Shown here: piece after piece, positions 37,459 through 50,430 of the stretch
Layout: the number at the start of each line of letters is the position of its first letter
How positions within the stretch are numbered: the stretch's first letter is position 1
NCBI GenBank assembly: GCA_964016885.1
Contig: OZ024764.1
Location: 20,212,001-20,276,000 of the forward strand
Reading direction: 5' to 3'
DNA: 64,000 bases
From: Eledone cirrhosa
Taxonomy: Eukaryota
Translations under genes and position numbers: made by a program
The notes under the pieces: model-generated
Told to the model about the DNA's origin: nothing
What the model saw: the letters and a program-made list of their open reading frames with translations, nothing else
Databases searched by the model: none

Positions 37459-38109
37459 CTGTATCAATATCAAACTCATTACATCATACTACTACAACAA
37501 CAATTGTGTAGATCCATCATCCTTGCTAAAACTGGGGTTAACCTTGTAGGTTTTACCTATCACAGGGATCATAAACACCAGGTTTCCATTTTTGAAGTAG
37601 TGTTTGAAGATTTTGTGTAAATTGAAGTTTTTCACATTAAACTTTGATTTATTATACTTTAACAGGTTAGGTATATATTTGTATTTTCAGTAAAGGTTTG
37701 GGAACTTCTGTAATTTAACCCTGCCAATAAAATGAAAACTTTTGTTGTTGTTAGTCTGACATTGATATTAATTCTATTGTCCTGTACATTGTCTCAAATA
37801 TCACAGATTAAACAGATTTTAACAATAACAACAGAAATCAATAACTTGTAAGCCTAATATCTAGCTTCCATTTTAACTATTTGATATTGTTGTTCCCCTC
37901 CTGTCTCTTCAGGTCTTTTAGATTTCAACTTCTATCTACTGTACTATTCCATCACCAAGGCAACATTAATCTGGCTGACAGCTTACATCAACTACAAATC
38001 TCATCAGTGGTTCACAACAGGCTGTCTGAAAGAAACTTCCAGATATCTTCTATGTCAGAGCTATCAATCTCCTCCTCCTTATCATATGTATCATGTAGAA
38101 CATCTCTGA

Positions 38110-38760
38110 ATTTATATTTAACAGGGAGATCTTTTACTGTCCCTACCCTTTTCTCTAGGTTGTCTTGTACCTCTCTCACAGTCCCTCTAGATCTTATATT
38201 TAACAGGGAGATCTTTTACTGTCTCTACCTCTTTCTCTAGGTTGTCTTGTACCACCCTCACAGTCCCTGTAGATCTTATATTTAACAGGGAGATCTTTTA
38301 CTGTCCCTACCCTTTTCTCTAGGTTGTCTTGTACCTCTCTCACAGTCCCTGTAGATCTTATATTTAACAGGGAGATCTTTTACTGTCCCTACCCTTTTCT
38401 CTAGGTTGTCTTGTACCTCTCACAGTCCCTGTAGATCTTATATTTAACAGGGAGATCTTTTACTGTCCCTACCCTTTTCTCTAGGTTGTCTTGTACCTCT
38501 CACAGTCCCTGTAGATCTTATATTTAACAGGGAGATCTTTTACTGTCCCTACCCTTTTCTCTAGGTTGTCTTGTACCACCCTCACAGTCCCGGTAGATCT
38601 TATATTTAACAGGGAGATCTTTTACTGTCCCTACCCTTTTCTGTAGGTTGTCTTGTACCTCTCACAGTGCCTGTAGATCTTATATTTAACAGGGAGATCT
38701 TTTACTCTCCAACCCTTCTTTCTACAGATAGTCTTGTATCTGTCAGTCCCTCTAGATATT
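38110..38760. repeat. 80-82-bp RTE-derived minisatellite (~8 copies)
   Basis: Same unit as 9710-10505, with gtagatc and 2-bp deletion variants. Confidence 0.88.
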
Positions 38761-39039
38761 ACACCTAGTATCTAGTCTATGTTGAGTGGTACGTCCTTCT
38801 CCAGTAAAGGAGTTAATATTCCCAACCATCTGTCTATCCTGTTTTCTGATGAGAATGAAGTCAATCCAGTTTATCTCTTCACCTGATTGAAGTAACTAGA
38901 TGTTTTCCTGTAAGTTAGTGTTGCAGTGTTTGTGTCACCATGTAAAGTTTATATCTATTAATATAGAGATGTAGTAAAGTTTTCACTGTTGTATCTCTAT
39001 TTTCTAAATATCTTAATAATGTTTCTCTACTATTTTCAG

Positions 39040-39500
39040 AATATCACATGACCTTGACAGAAAAGAGTCTTTTAAAGACAACAGAAAGATGTTACATACA
39101 AGTGATATAAACTTGTTTAGTCTGTGGTGAATTATGGTGAAATATTTCTTCTGAATTGAGATAAATAACAACATATTCCTTTTTCACTGTCTGGAATATT
39201 TACAAGATGATTTTACATTCTGATTAAACTTTGGATATTTACAAAGGAGTTTTCAAAATATTTGGATATTGACAAAGATCACATTTGATAAAATTATGAA
39301 CAATAGAAATATTTACATCAACATAGGAATATTTTCCAGAAGAGATGGGAAAATCATTATACCACTGTAATATTTGTGGTAAAGTATCCTCTCTTCTTTA
39401 TATGTAGAACATCTAACTAAACACTTTAACTAACAAACTATTGTGCTATAGAATTGACAAACTTGAGGAATGTTTAATAAATGTTACTGATTTCTCCAAA
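39040..39500 (+). pseudogene. Decayed ZNF stub exon (U3), micro-ORF 39345-39407
   Basis: MGKSLYHCNICGKVSSLLYM*. Acceptor and AATAAA are conserved. Confidence 0.65.
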
Positions 39501-39535
39501 CTGTCGTTTATTAACTTTAATTTGAAGCTATATTA

Positions 39536-39846
39536 TCTATATACTACTAAAACTCTGTGATTGTGTCTTGTCCGTAATTTAATACAGCTAAAACAGTGCA
39601 TAATGGGGAAATACTTTGAGAGGAATAAAACAATATTTGTATAAATTGGTGCACAGGTTCCCAAGATACGGGGTTTTCTGGGTACCTTCATAAATATAGG
39701 GAGAGAGCGAGACAGTGGTGGTGAGAGAGTGGGCGCTGGTGGTGTTGTTTAATAAAATGTGTGTGTGTATATATATATACGTATGTGTTAAATGACTTAA
39801 AAGATAATTTTAAGGCAACGTGCCCCAACAGGTCCCGGGTGGTCTA
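39536..39846 (+). mobile_element. Non-autonomous Helitron-like element (shorter)
   Basis: Paralogue of 11294-11686. The CTAG end is altered. Confidence 0.62.
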
Positions 39847-40227
39847 TTAGAGGGTCATGTTCTAGATGTGCTGGAAGAGCCATTCCATCTCGTGAGGTTC
39901 ACACCAGCAGCTAGCCACCTCAGCACCTATGGTGGTATATTTATTATATTATTTATTCTTTATCATTAACATTAATATAAAAGATAATTATATATTTTTA
40001 GAGAAGAACCTCTAATTTCATATAGCTTAGGGCTTCAGTAGGTAAAAGTCTGGCCCTGCTTGTCTTGTATTTTTTATGGGAGAAGTTAGGGAATACTGTT
40101 ATTGTGTGAAAGTTTTCTAAATCTTCAGCCACTAACATGGAGAAGATATTTCAGTAAGAAGGTTCACATCCTGACATCTATAGCTGTTAACAATGAGTTT
40201 GGAATTCATTATTAAAGAAATGTTATA

Positions 40228-40750
40228 TCATCATCACTGTTTTACATCAGTTTTTCCACGCTGGCATGGGTTAGACGTTTATCCTGTTGTAAGCAATGCC
40301 AGGTCAAGTGACCACGTCTTGCTCCTACAGAACCAATTTTGATTTGATTTGGTTTCTACAGCTGGATGCCCTTCCTAGCACCAACCTTATTTACATTGTG
40401 TACTGGGTGCTTTTTACTATCTCACCAACTCGACCACTTCACAGTGTGGGCTGGGTACTTTTTTACTTTTTGTCATGGCACCTAGATGACCACTTTACAG
40501 TGAGTACTGGATACTTTTTATCATGACACCTACAGTACCACTTTACAGTGTGGACTGGGTACTTTTTGCCATGACACCAATGTGACCACTTTACAGTGTG
40601 GATTGGGTACTTTTTGTCGTGACACCTACATGACCACTTTACAATGTGGAATGGGTACTTTTTGTTGTGACACCTACATGAACACTTTACAGTGTGGATT
40701 GGGTACTTTTTGTCATGACACCTACACAACCTCTTTACAGTGTTGGCAGT
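40228..40750 (-). repeat. RTE 3' UTR plus 48-bp minisatellite (~6 copies)
   Basis: Paralogue of 12088-12950. Confidence 0.85.
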
Positions 40751-40828
40751 GAAATCTAATGCACCAGCTTCAGTAATCAGAAGATACATATACACACACA
40801 CACAAACACAAATATATATATATATATT

Positions 40829-42881
40829 CAGTGGTACCTTGACTTACAAGCGTCCCAACTAATAAGTTTTTCGAGATACGAGCCCTCTCTCGGCTGATTT
40901 TTGCGTTGAGTTCCAGAGTAAAATTCGGGTTACGAGTCAGCTTCAGATGCCCCGCCACTAGTTGGCATAGTGACCGCCACAGGCAATACCGTAACACCCG
41001 CCCGGCATCCCATGGCTTCGAAGAAAGTGAGGGCGAAGGACAGTTCTGAGAAGAAGAAGCAGATGATGTGTATTGAATTAAAGAAAGAAATTATAGAAAA
41101 ACATGACCAAGGTGTGTGTAGTGGACTTGGTGACGTAGTACGAGCGTAGCACTTCTATGATATGTACCATACTGAAGTAGAAGGAGTTGATAAAGGCTAT
41201 AACCCCAGCTAAGGGTGGTAAAATAATTTCTAAACAGCGGACATCTATCCATGAAAATATGGAAAAGCTGCTGATGGTGTGGTTGACGGAGAAGCAGGTC
41301 GCAAGAGATACTGTGATAAAGATTATAATATGTGAGAAGGCACGAGCTATTTACGCTGATTTGTTGCAGCAGACCCCAGGTACTTCTACGGACGAGGCAT
41401 CGGCAAGCCCTTTAATGCCAGTCGAGGTTGGTTTGAGAATTTTAAAAAGAGGACCGGGATTCACTCCGTTGTCAGGCATGGTGAGGCAGCGAGCGCGGAT
41501 ATGAAGGCAGCTGAGGATTACCTCAAAACCTTTGCCGGAATTATAGCAGCCGAAGGATACATCCCTCAGCAAGTCTTTAACTGTGATGAAACAGGACTTT
41601 TTGGGAAGAAGATGCCAAGGAGGACTTATATAATGGCAGAGGAGAAGAGGATGCCTGGCCACAAACCCATGAAGGATAGGCTAACCCTCGCACTGTGTGC
41701 CACTGAGCGGCGAGTGTAAGATTAAGTTGCCGCTCGTTTATCATTCGGACAATTCCAGATCCTTTAAGTCATATAAGATTCTGAATGAAAAACTGCAGGT
41801 TTTGTGGAGGGCAAACCCGAGGTCATGGGTCACCAGGTAGTTCTTTGTGGAGTGGGTGAATTTGGTCTTTGGTCCTGACGTTAAAAAATATCTCCAGGAA
41901 AATAACCTAGCCCTGTAAACCCTTCTTGTCCTACATAATGCACCTGCTCACCAACCCACCCTCGAAGAGTTCAATTTTATAAAGGTCCTCTACCTTCCAC
42001 CAAACACCACCCCTATCCTACAGACCAAGGACCAGCAGGTACTTTCTAATTTCAAGAAGCTCTTCACCAAGCACCTGTTCAGTCGCTGCTTTGAAGTGAC
42101 GGAGAGCACAAACTTCACCCTTGAGAGGTCTGGAAGGACCATTATAACATCGTGATATGCCTCAGAATTATCGATATGACCTGCCAGGGTCTTACAAAGA
42201 GGACCTTGACCTCTACATGGAAGAAGCTGTGGCCTGAAGTTGTGTCTAAAACAGACTTTGAAAGACTCGAACCCGAAGCGGCAGTGGTGGAGGAGATTGT
42301 ACCCCTCGGTAACTCCATGGGCCTGGACATGGATGAAGGTGACATCAACGAGCTCATCGAGGAGATGACAACGAAGGAATTAAAGGAGCTACAGACACAG
42401 CAACACACGGAGGTTTTGCAAGAAATAGGTGACACAGAGGAGGTTATCTGAACAAGGGAGATGAAACAAAACTTATTAGACAGGTTTTTATTGAAAATCC
42501 CTGCAGATAAAAGTGAGGAAAGTGTGGCGAAAAGGGCAAAAATCAGCGAATAAGATTCAGTTATTCAGTTCATCCTTTCTCCTCCGTCAACATCCTCAAG
42601 TCGTCTGATCTCCAAGATAGATGCTGTACATTATTCTTAATAAAACCAGTTTATTGTAGTACATTCTATTGTATTGTTTTTTATATACAATATTTGTCAT
42701 TTATAAGTACATTTTTCTTATTTAAAAACACGTAACAAAACAAACTGTGGTTTTGGGGGTCTGGAACGGATTAATGGCATTTTATTTTATTTCAGTGGGG
42801 AAAATTGATTTGACATACGAGTAATTTAAGTTACGAGGTCCTCCACGGAACAAATTAAACTCTTAAGTCAAGGTACAACAG
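40829..42881 (+). mobile_element. Tigger/pogo (TIGD1-like) DNA transposon, decayed
   Basis: TIRs cagtggtaccttgacttac / ttaagtcaaggtacaacag. Transposase starts at ATG 41012 (MASKKV..IELKKEIIEKH) with QQVFNCDETGLF.KKMP.RTYI, KDRLT, NAPAH and LPPNTT motifs. Stops and frameshifts. Lies in a TA/CA microsatellite. Confidence 0.92.
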
Positions 42882-43099
42882 TGTGTGTGTATATATATAT
42901 ATATGAAGGAACGATCGACTTTCGTCAAATCGGACCGAGGAAGCAATGTTTCCATTGGTCTTTCCATTTGCTCGTACTATCGGTCGCAATTCGAGGTAGA
43001 AGGAACAACGTGAAATAAAGTGTCTTGCTCAAGGTCATAACGCATCGCCTGGTCCAGGAATCGAACTCACAACCTCAAGATATATATATATATATATAT

Positions 43100-45418
43100 C
43101 ACAGCGACCTCATAGTCAGGACGAGACGTACTCGACAGCAGAAGAGGACTATCCTCAGGAGAAAAATATGGAAGCTAAAGGACCCCACAGCCAGAAATAA
43201 ATTTCAAAGCATATTACTTGATGCTTTCGACAGTAAGGAAGAACATTTAGAGTCGGACAATATAGAGGGACAGTGGGAATTTCTGAAAGCAAACCTGCTG
43301 ATGGCGACAGACGAAGTCTGTGGCTGGAACAGGCCTGTAGGCAGGAGGAGAGTAACATGGTGGTGGAACAGTAAGGTGGAGGGGTCAATTAAGGCCAAAA
43401 AGCAGGCTTGGAAAGTATGGCGGGATGGGGGAAGTAGAGAAGACTATCAAGTGGCCAGGAGGGAAGCTAGGAGACAAGTGTACTTAGCAAGAAGGGAAGC
43501 TGAGGAAAGAAAGTTCAAGCATGTTCTACAACACGAGGACCAAAAACGTGAGGTGTTCAGGATTGCTAGGCAATGCGTCAAGGAAAACCGTGATATTGTC
43601 GGAGAGAAGTGTGTAGTTAACGATGATGGCATACTTGCCATCACCGACGCTGATAAGAAGGTAGCTTGGAAGTGTCACTACGAAAGGCTACTAAATGAGG
43701 AGAATAAATGGGAGAAAGACAGTCTCCCCCATATCGACCCAATAGAGGGACCAGCAGTGTTAGTCGAGGGGAGTATAATAAGTAAGGCAATCAAGGATAT
43801 GAAGACGGGTAAGGCGGCTGGGCCTTCAGAAATAGTTGCTGAGATGCTGAAGGCATCTGGCACGGTGGGACGCACCATGGTCACCCGCATAGTTAACCAA
43901 GTCGTACAGAATGGGGTTGTTCCGAAGGACTGGCATAGCAGCATCATCGTTAACTGTTATAAGGGTAAAGGAGACGCCCTAGATAGGAGTAACTATAGAG
44001 GCATTAAATTAATCGACCAGGTCATGAAGGTCACGGAAAAAGTAGTAGCGCAACTAATCAGAGAGAGAATTGACCTAGATGAAATGCAGTTCGGGTTTGT
44101 GTCAGGCAAAAGTACCACAGACGCTCTTTTCATTGTACGACAACTACAGGAGAAGTACCTAGCTAAAGGTAAACCCCTCTACTTAGCTTTTGTCGACTTG
44201 GAGAAAGCCTTCGACAGAGTCCCCCGCTCCATTATCTGGTGGGCTCTTAGAAAACTAGGCGTTGACGAATGGCTTGTGAGAGCTATACAAGCCATGTATA
44301 AAGAAACAGTCAGCAAGGTTAGAATTAACAACGAATATAGTGAGGAGTTTAGCGTAAAAGTTGGCGTCCATCAGGGCTCTGTTCTCAGCCCCCTACTATT
44401 TATTATTGCCCTTCAGGCTATAACAGAGGAGTTCAAGACCGGCTGCCCATGGGAACTCCTATACGCAGACGACCTGACACTCATAGCGGAATCAATGGCC
44501 GAGCTAGAGAAGAAATTCCAAACATGGAAGCACAGCCTAGAATCAAAAGGACTTAAAATTAACCTGGCTAAGACTAAAGTTCTAGTTTGTAGGAAAGAAA
44601 ATAAGGCGGCGGTCCCTTCTGGGAAATGGTCGTGCTCGGTGTGTAGGAAAGGCGTAGGTAGAAACTCCATTTTATGTCCTAAATGCAAAGTATGGGTGCA
44701 TAAAAGATGTAGTGGGATCACAGGTAAGCTAACTAAGAACATAGATTTTACATGTGGCCGGTGCTCTGGTGCAATAAGTAGCAGCAAGTGCCCACTGAAT
44801 ACTAGCTCTTTCAATTGCGCAGAGGGTTCTATAGAAATAGTGGACAGCTTCCGTTACCTGGGTGATAAAATCAGCAGTGGGGGAGGGTGCTCTGAAAGTA
44901 CAGTAGCTAGAGTCAGAACTGGTTGGAAAAAGTTCAGAGAGCTTATACCACTATTAGCTGCTAAAGGGTTCTCCCTAAAAATGAAAGGCAGGTTGTACGA
45001 TGCCTGCATACGAACAGCAATGTTGCATGGCAGTGAGACCTGGGCATTGTGTGCAGAGGATATACGCAGACTAGAGAGGAACGAAGCTTGCATGCTCCGC
45101 TGGATGTGTAACAGTAATATACCTGAACGGCAAAGCATAAACGAACTAAGGAAAAAATTAGAAATAAGAGGGATCAGATGTTGTTTACTCGAGAGAAGGC
45201 TACGTTGGTATGGACACGTGATGCGCATGAAAGTCGATAGCTGTATAACAAAGTGCAGGGCAATAAAGATAGACGGTAGCCACGGAATAGGCAGACCTAG
45301 AAAAACCTGGGACGAGCTGATAAACTCCGACCTCACACACTTACACCTCTCCAAGACAATGTCACTGGACCGAGACCTTTGGCGGTACTCAGTAACAGAG
45401 AAGACCCGCCTTACCTAA
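43100..45418 (+). CDS. RTE reverse transcriptase reading frame (~770 codons, no endonuclease, no native start) with an embedded C4HC3 PHD-type finger
   Basis: Uninterrupted frame with NYRGI, QFGF, FVDLEKAFD, GVHQGSVLSP, YADD (44462-44473), the PHD-like segment (44633-44764), FRYLG and RLRWYGHV. Confidence 0.88.
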   Translation, partial: HSDLIVRTRRTRQQKRTILRRKIWKLKDPTARNKFQSILLDAFDSKEEHLESDNIEGQWEFLKANLLMATDEVCGWNRPVGRRRVTWWWNSKVEGSIKAKKQAWKVWRDGGSREDYQVARREARRQVYLARREAEERKFKHVLQHEDQKREVFRIARQCVKENRDIVGEKCVVNDDGILAITDADKKVAWKCHYERLLNEENKWEKDSLPHIDPIEGPAVLVEGSIISKAIKDMKTGKAAGPSEIVAEMLKASGTVGRTMVTRIVNQVVQNGVVPKDWHSSIIVNCYKGKGDALDRSNYRGIKLIDQVMKVTEKVVAQLIRERIDLDEMQFGFVSGKSTTDALFIVRQLQEKYLAKGKPLYLAFVDLEKAFDRVPRSIIWWALRKLGVDEWLVRAIQAMYKETVSKVRINNEYSEEFSVKVGVHQGSVLSPLLFIIALQAITEEFKTGCPWELLYADDLTLIAESMAELEKKFQTWKHSLESKGLKINLAKTKVLVCRKENKAAVPSGKWSCSVCRKGVGRNSILCPKCKVWVHKRCSGITGKLTKNIDFTCGRCSGAISSSKCPLNTSSFNCAEGSIEIVDSFRYLGDKISSGGGCSESTVARVRTGWKKFRELIPLLAAKGFSLKMKGRLYDACIRTAMLHGSETWALCAEDIRRLERNEACMLRWMCNSNIPERQSINELRKKLEIRGIRCCLLERRLRWYGHVMRMKVDSCITKCRAIKIDGSHGIGRPRKTWDELINSDLTHLHLSKTMSLDRDLWRYSVTEKTRLT

Positions 45419-45810
45419 ATACATAGTAAAACCTACTACAGCCAGTAGGCATCTCTAACAAAATACCCCCCCCCCCGTCCCACCACCCCCACCCCATCCA
45501 CACCACCCCGTTCTATGTAAAGTTATGTTGGTGCCACACCATCCAGGCCGAAACAAATGAGATCGTGTAGGTGTCACGACAAAAAAACACAATGTCCACG
45601 CTGTAATGTGGCCGTGTAGGCAACACGGTAAAAACCTCCCAGACCCACACTGTAAATGTGGTTGGTGTTAGGCAGGGCATCCAACTGTAGAAAACCTGCC
45701 AGACAGTCCTATGCGAGCAAGACAATCACTCTTGCCTCAAGTGGGACTACCCCCGTCCAAACCCATGCAAGCGTGGAACACGGACGTTAAACGTTGATGA
45801 TGATGATGAT
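43100..45810 (+). mobile_element. Young 5'-truncated RTE LINE
   Basis: Begins right after (TA)n. 3' UTR carries the ggttggtgttaggcagggcatccaactgtagaaa motif and a (TGA)n tail, followed by tatata. Confidence 0.95.
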
Positions 45811-46955
45811 ATATAAATGAAGAATATAGAAATTATTGTAGCAAAAAGCCAACAGTATTCCATTTCATTTGAGTTTGAGTCCATGCTCAGGCCAAGTCGA
45901 AGACTCCACCCATTATATATATATATATATAGTATAAAAGAGAAAACACAGGTAAGCATTAAGAGAAGGCTTTTATCCAGGTATTTACGACCGTTTCATT
46001 GGTAAGTGCAACCTTATATTTCTATCCTGCAAATAGCAGCCACTCAATTATAATTGTTGTTCACAGTCCAAATTTTCAAAATAGTAAGTTACTCTTGAAA
46101 TAATTCTTAATATATAGAGAAAAACATTTATTTGGAATTGTATTTACTAGTATAGAGAGAGAGAGGAATCAGAAGGTGAGGGGACAGACGGAATAGTATA
46201 GAGAGAGAGGAAGAGGTAGGAAGTAGAGTGACAAATGGAGGGAGGGGTAGAAGTGGAAGGATTCTTTGGTCAGCTTTGATAGCAGACTTCATGTGGAATG
46301 TAGTGAGTTAAAGAGAATTAAATTGATTATAGTGGGAGGGATGGATATATATTTATATATAGTTAAATATTAGACAGGAACAAAAAAACAGAGGCAGTGC
46401 AAATGGTAGTTTATACCGAGAGAGAGACAGACAAACACATCTATACCTCTACTACTGTAAAACATAAAACATATGTAAGGGAAGACAACTCTCGTTACAT
46501 CCCCCCTTCTTTTTGCTATATGTCCTTTAAATACTTTGTTCAATGGAATCTGCTTTATTTTGTGTCCTAAGTAGATTTCTGTTTAAGTATTTACGAGATT
46601 CGCAATGATTCACGTAACCAAGTTACTTACATAGAGATATATTTCACATAGAATCACAACAAATGAAAATATTAAGTCAACACTCTGTCAATCAGTCTCA
46701 CATCACTTGGGGTGCTGGAGTCACATTTGTCAGGGTACTTAGTTGTTCCGGCAAATTATCCTCCATATGACCCAATCTTACCGAGATACCCGGTGATCTC
46801 TGCCAGGGTACTCGATTGATCCAGCACCCTACTATTTCTACCAACAGGTTATATCGAGGTATCAAGTGATACTCTTTTCAAGTCAAGACCTCCTCTGCTG
46901 TACTCTGTCTTCCAACTGCCCTGTTATTCTACAGACTCACGAAAGCTATCTCACC

Positions 46956-47156
46956 GCTTTTCATAGGCGCCGCTAAATTCCACTGCTGGTCTCTCCTCTC
47001 CCACGTGCGTCCAACTCCTTAACACCGGGAGCTGCCAAAACTCGCGTCCACACCGTTGCTGGTCACCACTAAGAGGACCATCTGCTGGCCCTCCCGGTCG
47101 AGCATCCTTCCGGTCGAGCACTCCCTCGCTTCCGGCCACCGCACGCCACACCCACA
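46956..47156 (-). repeat. 3' LTR
   Basis: Starts with TG at 47156 on the minus strand next to the PPT. Homologous to 50431-50752. Confidence 0.82.
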
Positions 47157-50100
47157 CGCCCCCCCCCCCCCTGATCTCACGGATCAATTTCCTCCTCGGC
47201 CTTCTACATATGAAAGTCTGCTGTCCAGGTTGGTGGTTTACGACTTCTTTGCGAGATCCGCAGTGTTGGGGCAGCACTTTGGGTTTCCTCTACCTCGGAG
47301 TCCGTTGACACAGTGATTCTACGGACATCCAGGACATGACGTGGTACTCCGTCCATGGACACATTGTTCTGGGAATTTACGGCCGTCACAGTTCCCCTTC
47401 CCCACTGAGATGTGCAACGTGCATCTGGGGGCTTAACCCAGACTTCCTCGCCCACCTGCACGGGTGCCACCACTCGTATCTGAATACTGCTCTGTGTGGC
47501 ACCGATTCCTCGACCTGTCCCACCCGAGGGGACATGTTGTACCAGAACACTGCCTCCATTGGTGAGATATGGCCCCGCTCCGCCATTGCCTTGATCGTCT
47601 GGTGGTGTCGCTCCACAATTCCATTCCCGCTCGGCAAATGCGCTGCTCTGAAGAAACGGTCCACCTTCCATCCATCGAGCATCTCCCTCAGCGCCTCGAA
47701 GCGGAACGCTGCGCTGTTGTCCATCAGCAGTTCGTCCACAGGGCCCCGCTCCAAGAACACCTCTCTCAACGTCCGCATGAATTCCTCGCCCGTTCCAGTC
47801 TTCATCTCCCTCCATATCGCCTTCCGTCCTGGTCCACAGTCGACCATCGAGAGGTACATTCCCTGTCGGTAGTGCGTTACATCCACCGCCAATCGTTTCC
47901 AGTCGCGATCCACCAGGGGGCTTCCCGTTTCGTGTACACCCGGGGTGGATCAATGGACTGACATCGGACGCAGCCTCTAACCACCCTTTGAACACTGTTA
48001 CTGTTAACGTCCGAGTCGATTCTCCTGGCTAGGAACAGGCTCCTATCCACTCCCATGTGGTGCATGTCATGCAACCCTTTCAGATCCGACTCGGTCAGCC
48101 GACACACGGCAGCTATCTCATCCTCTACCTCCTCCGGCGCTTCCATCCAGGCTTTCTTCACCCTAGTTAAGATGTCCACCCTATTTTTCTCTGAGGGCAC
48201 GAAAACTACGCTCAGCCTCAGGTCGAACTCGGTGGCCAGCTCTCCTAAAGTTCCCAGGCGGCGCTTTATCAGCATCTCCGCCGCGCCTCTCTTCTCACTG
48301 GTGAGCACTGATCTCACCCATCCGAGTACAGTAGCCGAGTCGGTGCGTATCTCGATGGTGCGCAGCCCCCACCGCAGGGCGAGGTTCACCCCTCTCAACA
48401 CCGCGTCCAGCTTGGCCACATTGATGTGGCTGCAGTCGTCCTTCTTTCTAAGCCAGGCTGCATCCTCGACCTCAACACCTCCTATCTCCAACGTGACACC
48501 CAGCGCTATGCTGCTGGTATAGCACCATACGGTCCCGCTCTTTGATTTGGGTACATACCAGCATCCCCGCACTGGGTCGTCGGCCTTCACCCTCCCCACG
48601 ATCTCCTGCATCATGGCCACCATCCTCTCTCCCACTCTGTCACTCCAAGTCACCCCTCCCGCTCATCTCTTGACATAGCTGCATGCCGTCCGGAGCCACC
48701 CAGCGATCGGGTAGTGACCCACCAGCTTTCCACACACCGAGAAAAGCTCCCGCCTACTCATACTTGGGCCCAGTTCTGGAACTTCATTTCCCCTCTGGAA
48801 TACCAAGACGCCCGTCCTGTCTCGCCGTAGCCTAAGTCCCAGCGCGGCTCCTCCCTCCAATGCTTCTGATGGCTTCGCAGCCAGTCCATACCTCTGCCGC
48901 CGCCACCACAGACTCGTCCACTAGGATGTCGTCAATATAGGAGTTAGTAGCCCTCTTTATCTTGTCGGCCCTCCCCAGAGCGGTCTTGAGGACCGCCGCC
49001 ATGATCTTCGTTGCGGAGCTCAGCCCGAAACCGAGCCTGGTCAGGCAATATGTCCGGCCCTTATACCTGACCAGCTGATACTGCCAGAGCTTCTCATCTA
49101 TATGCAATTGCAAGTATGCCGACTTTAGATCCACGATCGCTGAATCCCCCGTCATGCGTCTCCACTCACGCAGGGTTTCCCCACAGACATCCGTGACCTC
49201 TCCACCCGTGTGGCATGACACGTGCTCGTTCAGCTCCCGATAGTCCAGCACCGGCCTCACCTTGTTCTTCGTGGGTTGCGCCACCGCCATCAACGGCAAT
49301 ACTCCGCACTTCACCTCCTCTTTCCAGGGAAGCAGTATGCCCTTTTCGATCCATCTCTCTACTTCTCGCTCGAACTCGCTCCTAATAGTTTCCCTTCAAT
49401 GTGTGTTGATAGCAGCCCACTTTGGTCTTCAGTGTTGGTGGTTCTCCCTTCCAGTACCACTCAACAACCCATCGCTGCCCATCAAACACGGCCTTGAAGT
49501 CTTTGTCCTGTACAGTGTAAGCGGGGTATTTCTCCTCGTGGGCCTTCTGGTACTCATGACGTGCACTCACAGCGCATACCGATACAGCGGCGCCAAATGA
49601 CACACCGACATTGTTCACCGTGACGCCTCCTAGACGGCCAATTGCGTCCATGCCCATAACCACGCTGATCCCATCCACCACACTGTCTACCACGATGGCG
49701 GAAAGCTTATCCTCATTCCCCGTACCGCTATATCCATCTCGCTGCGATCTCGGCATTCAATTTTCCTGCCGTCGACTGGTCTTACGCTGCTCTTCCCTCC
49801 CCACCTCTGCGCCACCCCTGCGGTCACCAGTGTCGTCATACAGCCCGTATCCACGAGGGCTCGCTGTGGCTTCCACCACGGGCAGCGCCGCTACTCGTTA
49901 GGGGCAACTACCGACGCAGTATTTCCCCTTGGATCGTTTCCCTGGTCGCAGTTGGTAGCGATGTGGCCTGGTCGCTTACACCGGTAGCAAATTATCTCCG
50001 GCTTCGACTCTCTACAGTCTCTAGCCATGTGCGGGCCCTGGCACCGAAAACAGCGCCCTCTAAACGCACGTGGACGGCCGCGTGCCGAGGTTGCCTCCCT

Positions 50101-50430
50101 TTCACCATTTCGCTACCAGGTGTCCTGAGCCTCCGTAGTTGCTATCGCCGCAACACTCTTTTTGGCATCTTCCGCTATGATCCGTGTTCGTCCAACTCAA
50201 GGAAGAGTACCAACGCGTCGCCCTCGAGGTACAATGCCATGAGGCCGGCCACGGCCTCTATCTTCTGGAAGCTTGCGACCAGCCGAACCTTCCGCAGCCA
50301 AGCGACAACATCACCTTCCCCGGTGAATGCCCTGATAGCTTCGTTCATCCGTAGTCTTGTCGCCATCTTCTGATTTGTCTTGCGGCATGTGTTTTTTTTT
50401 TTTTTTTTTTTTTTTTCAGTCGCCGAAATA

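Noticed and set aside
43025-43099. N-terminus of the 797-aa ORF in the ORF track
   Set aside because: Read-through from an antisense SINE and (TA)n with a non-ATG start. Not part of the RTE.
45900-46430. Possible Penelope-like end or hammerhead ribozyme (gaaacggtcgt on the minus strand)
   Set aside because: No CTGANGA core found at a suitable distance and no recognisable coding motif. Left unassigned.
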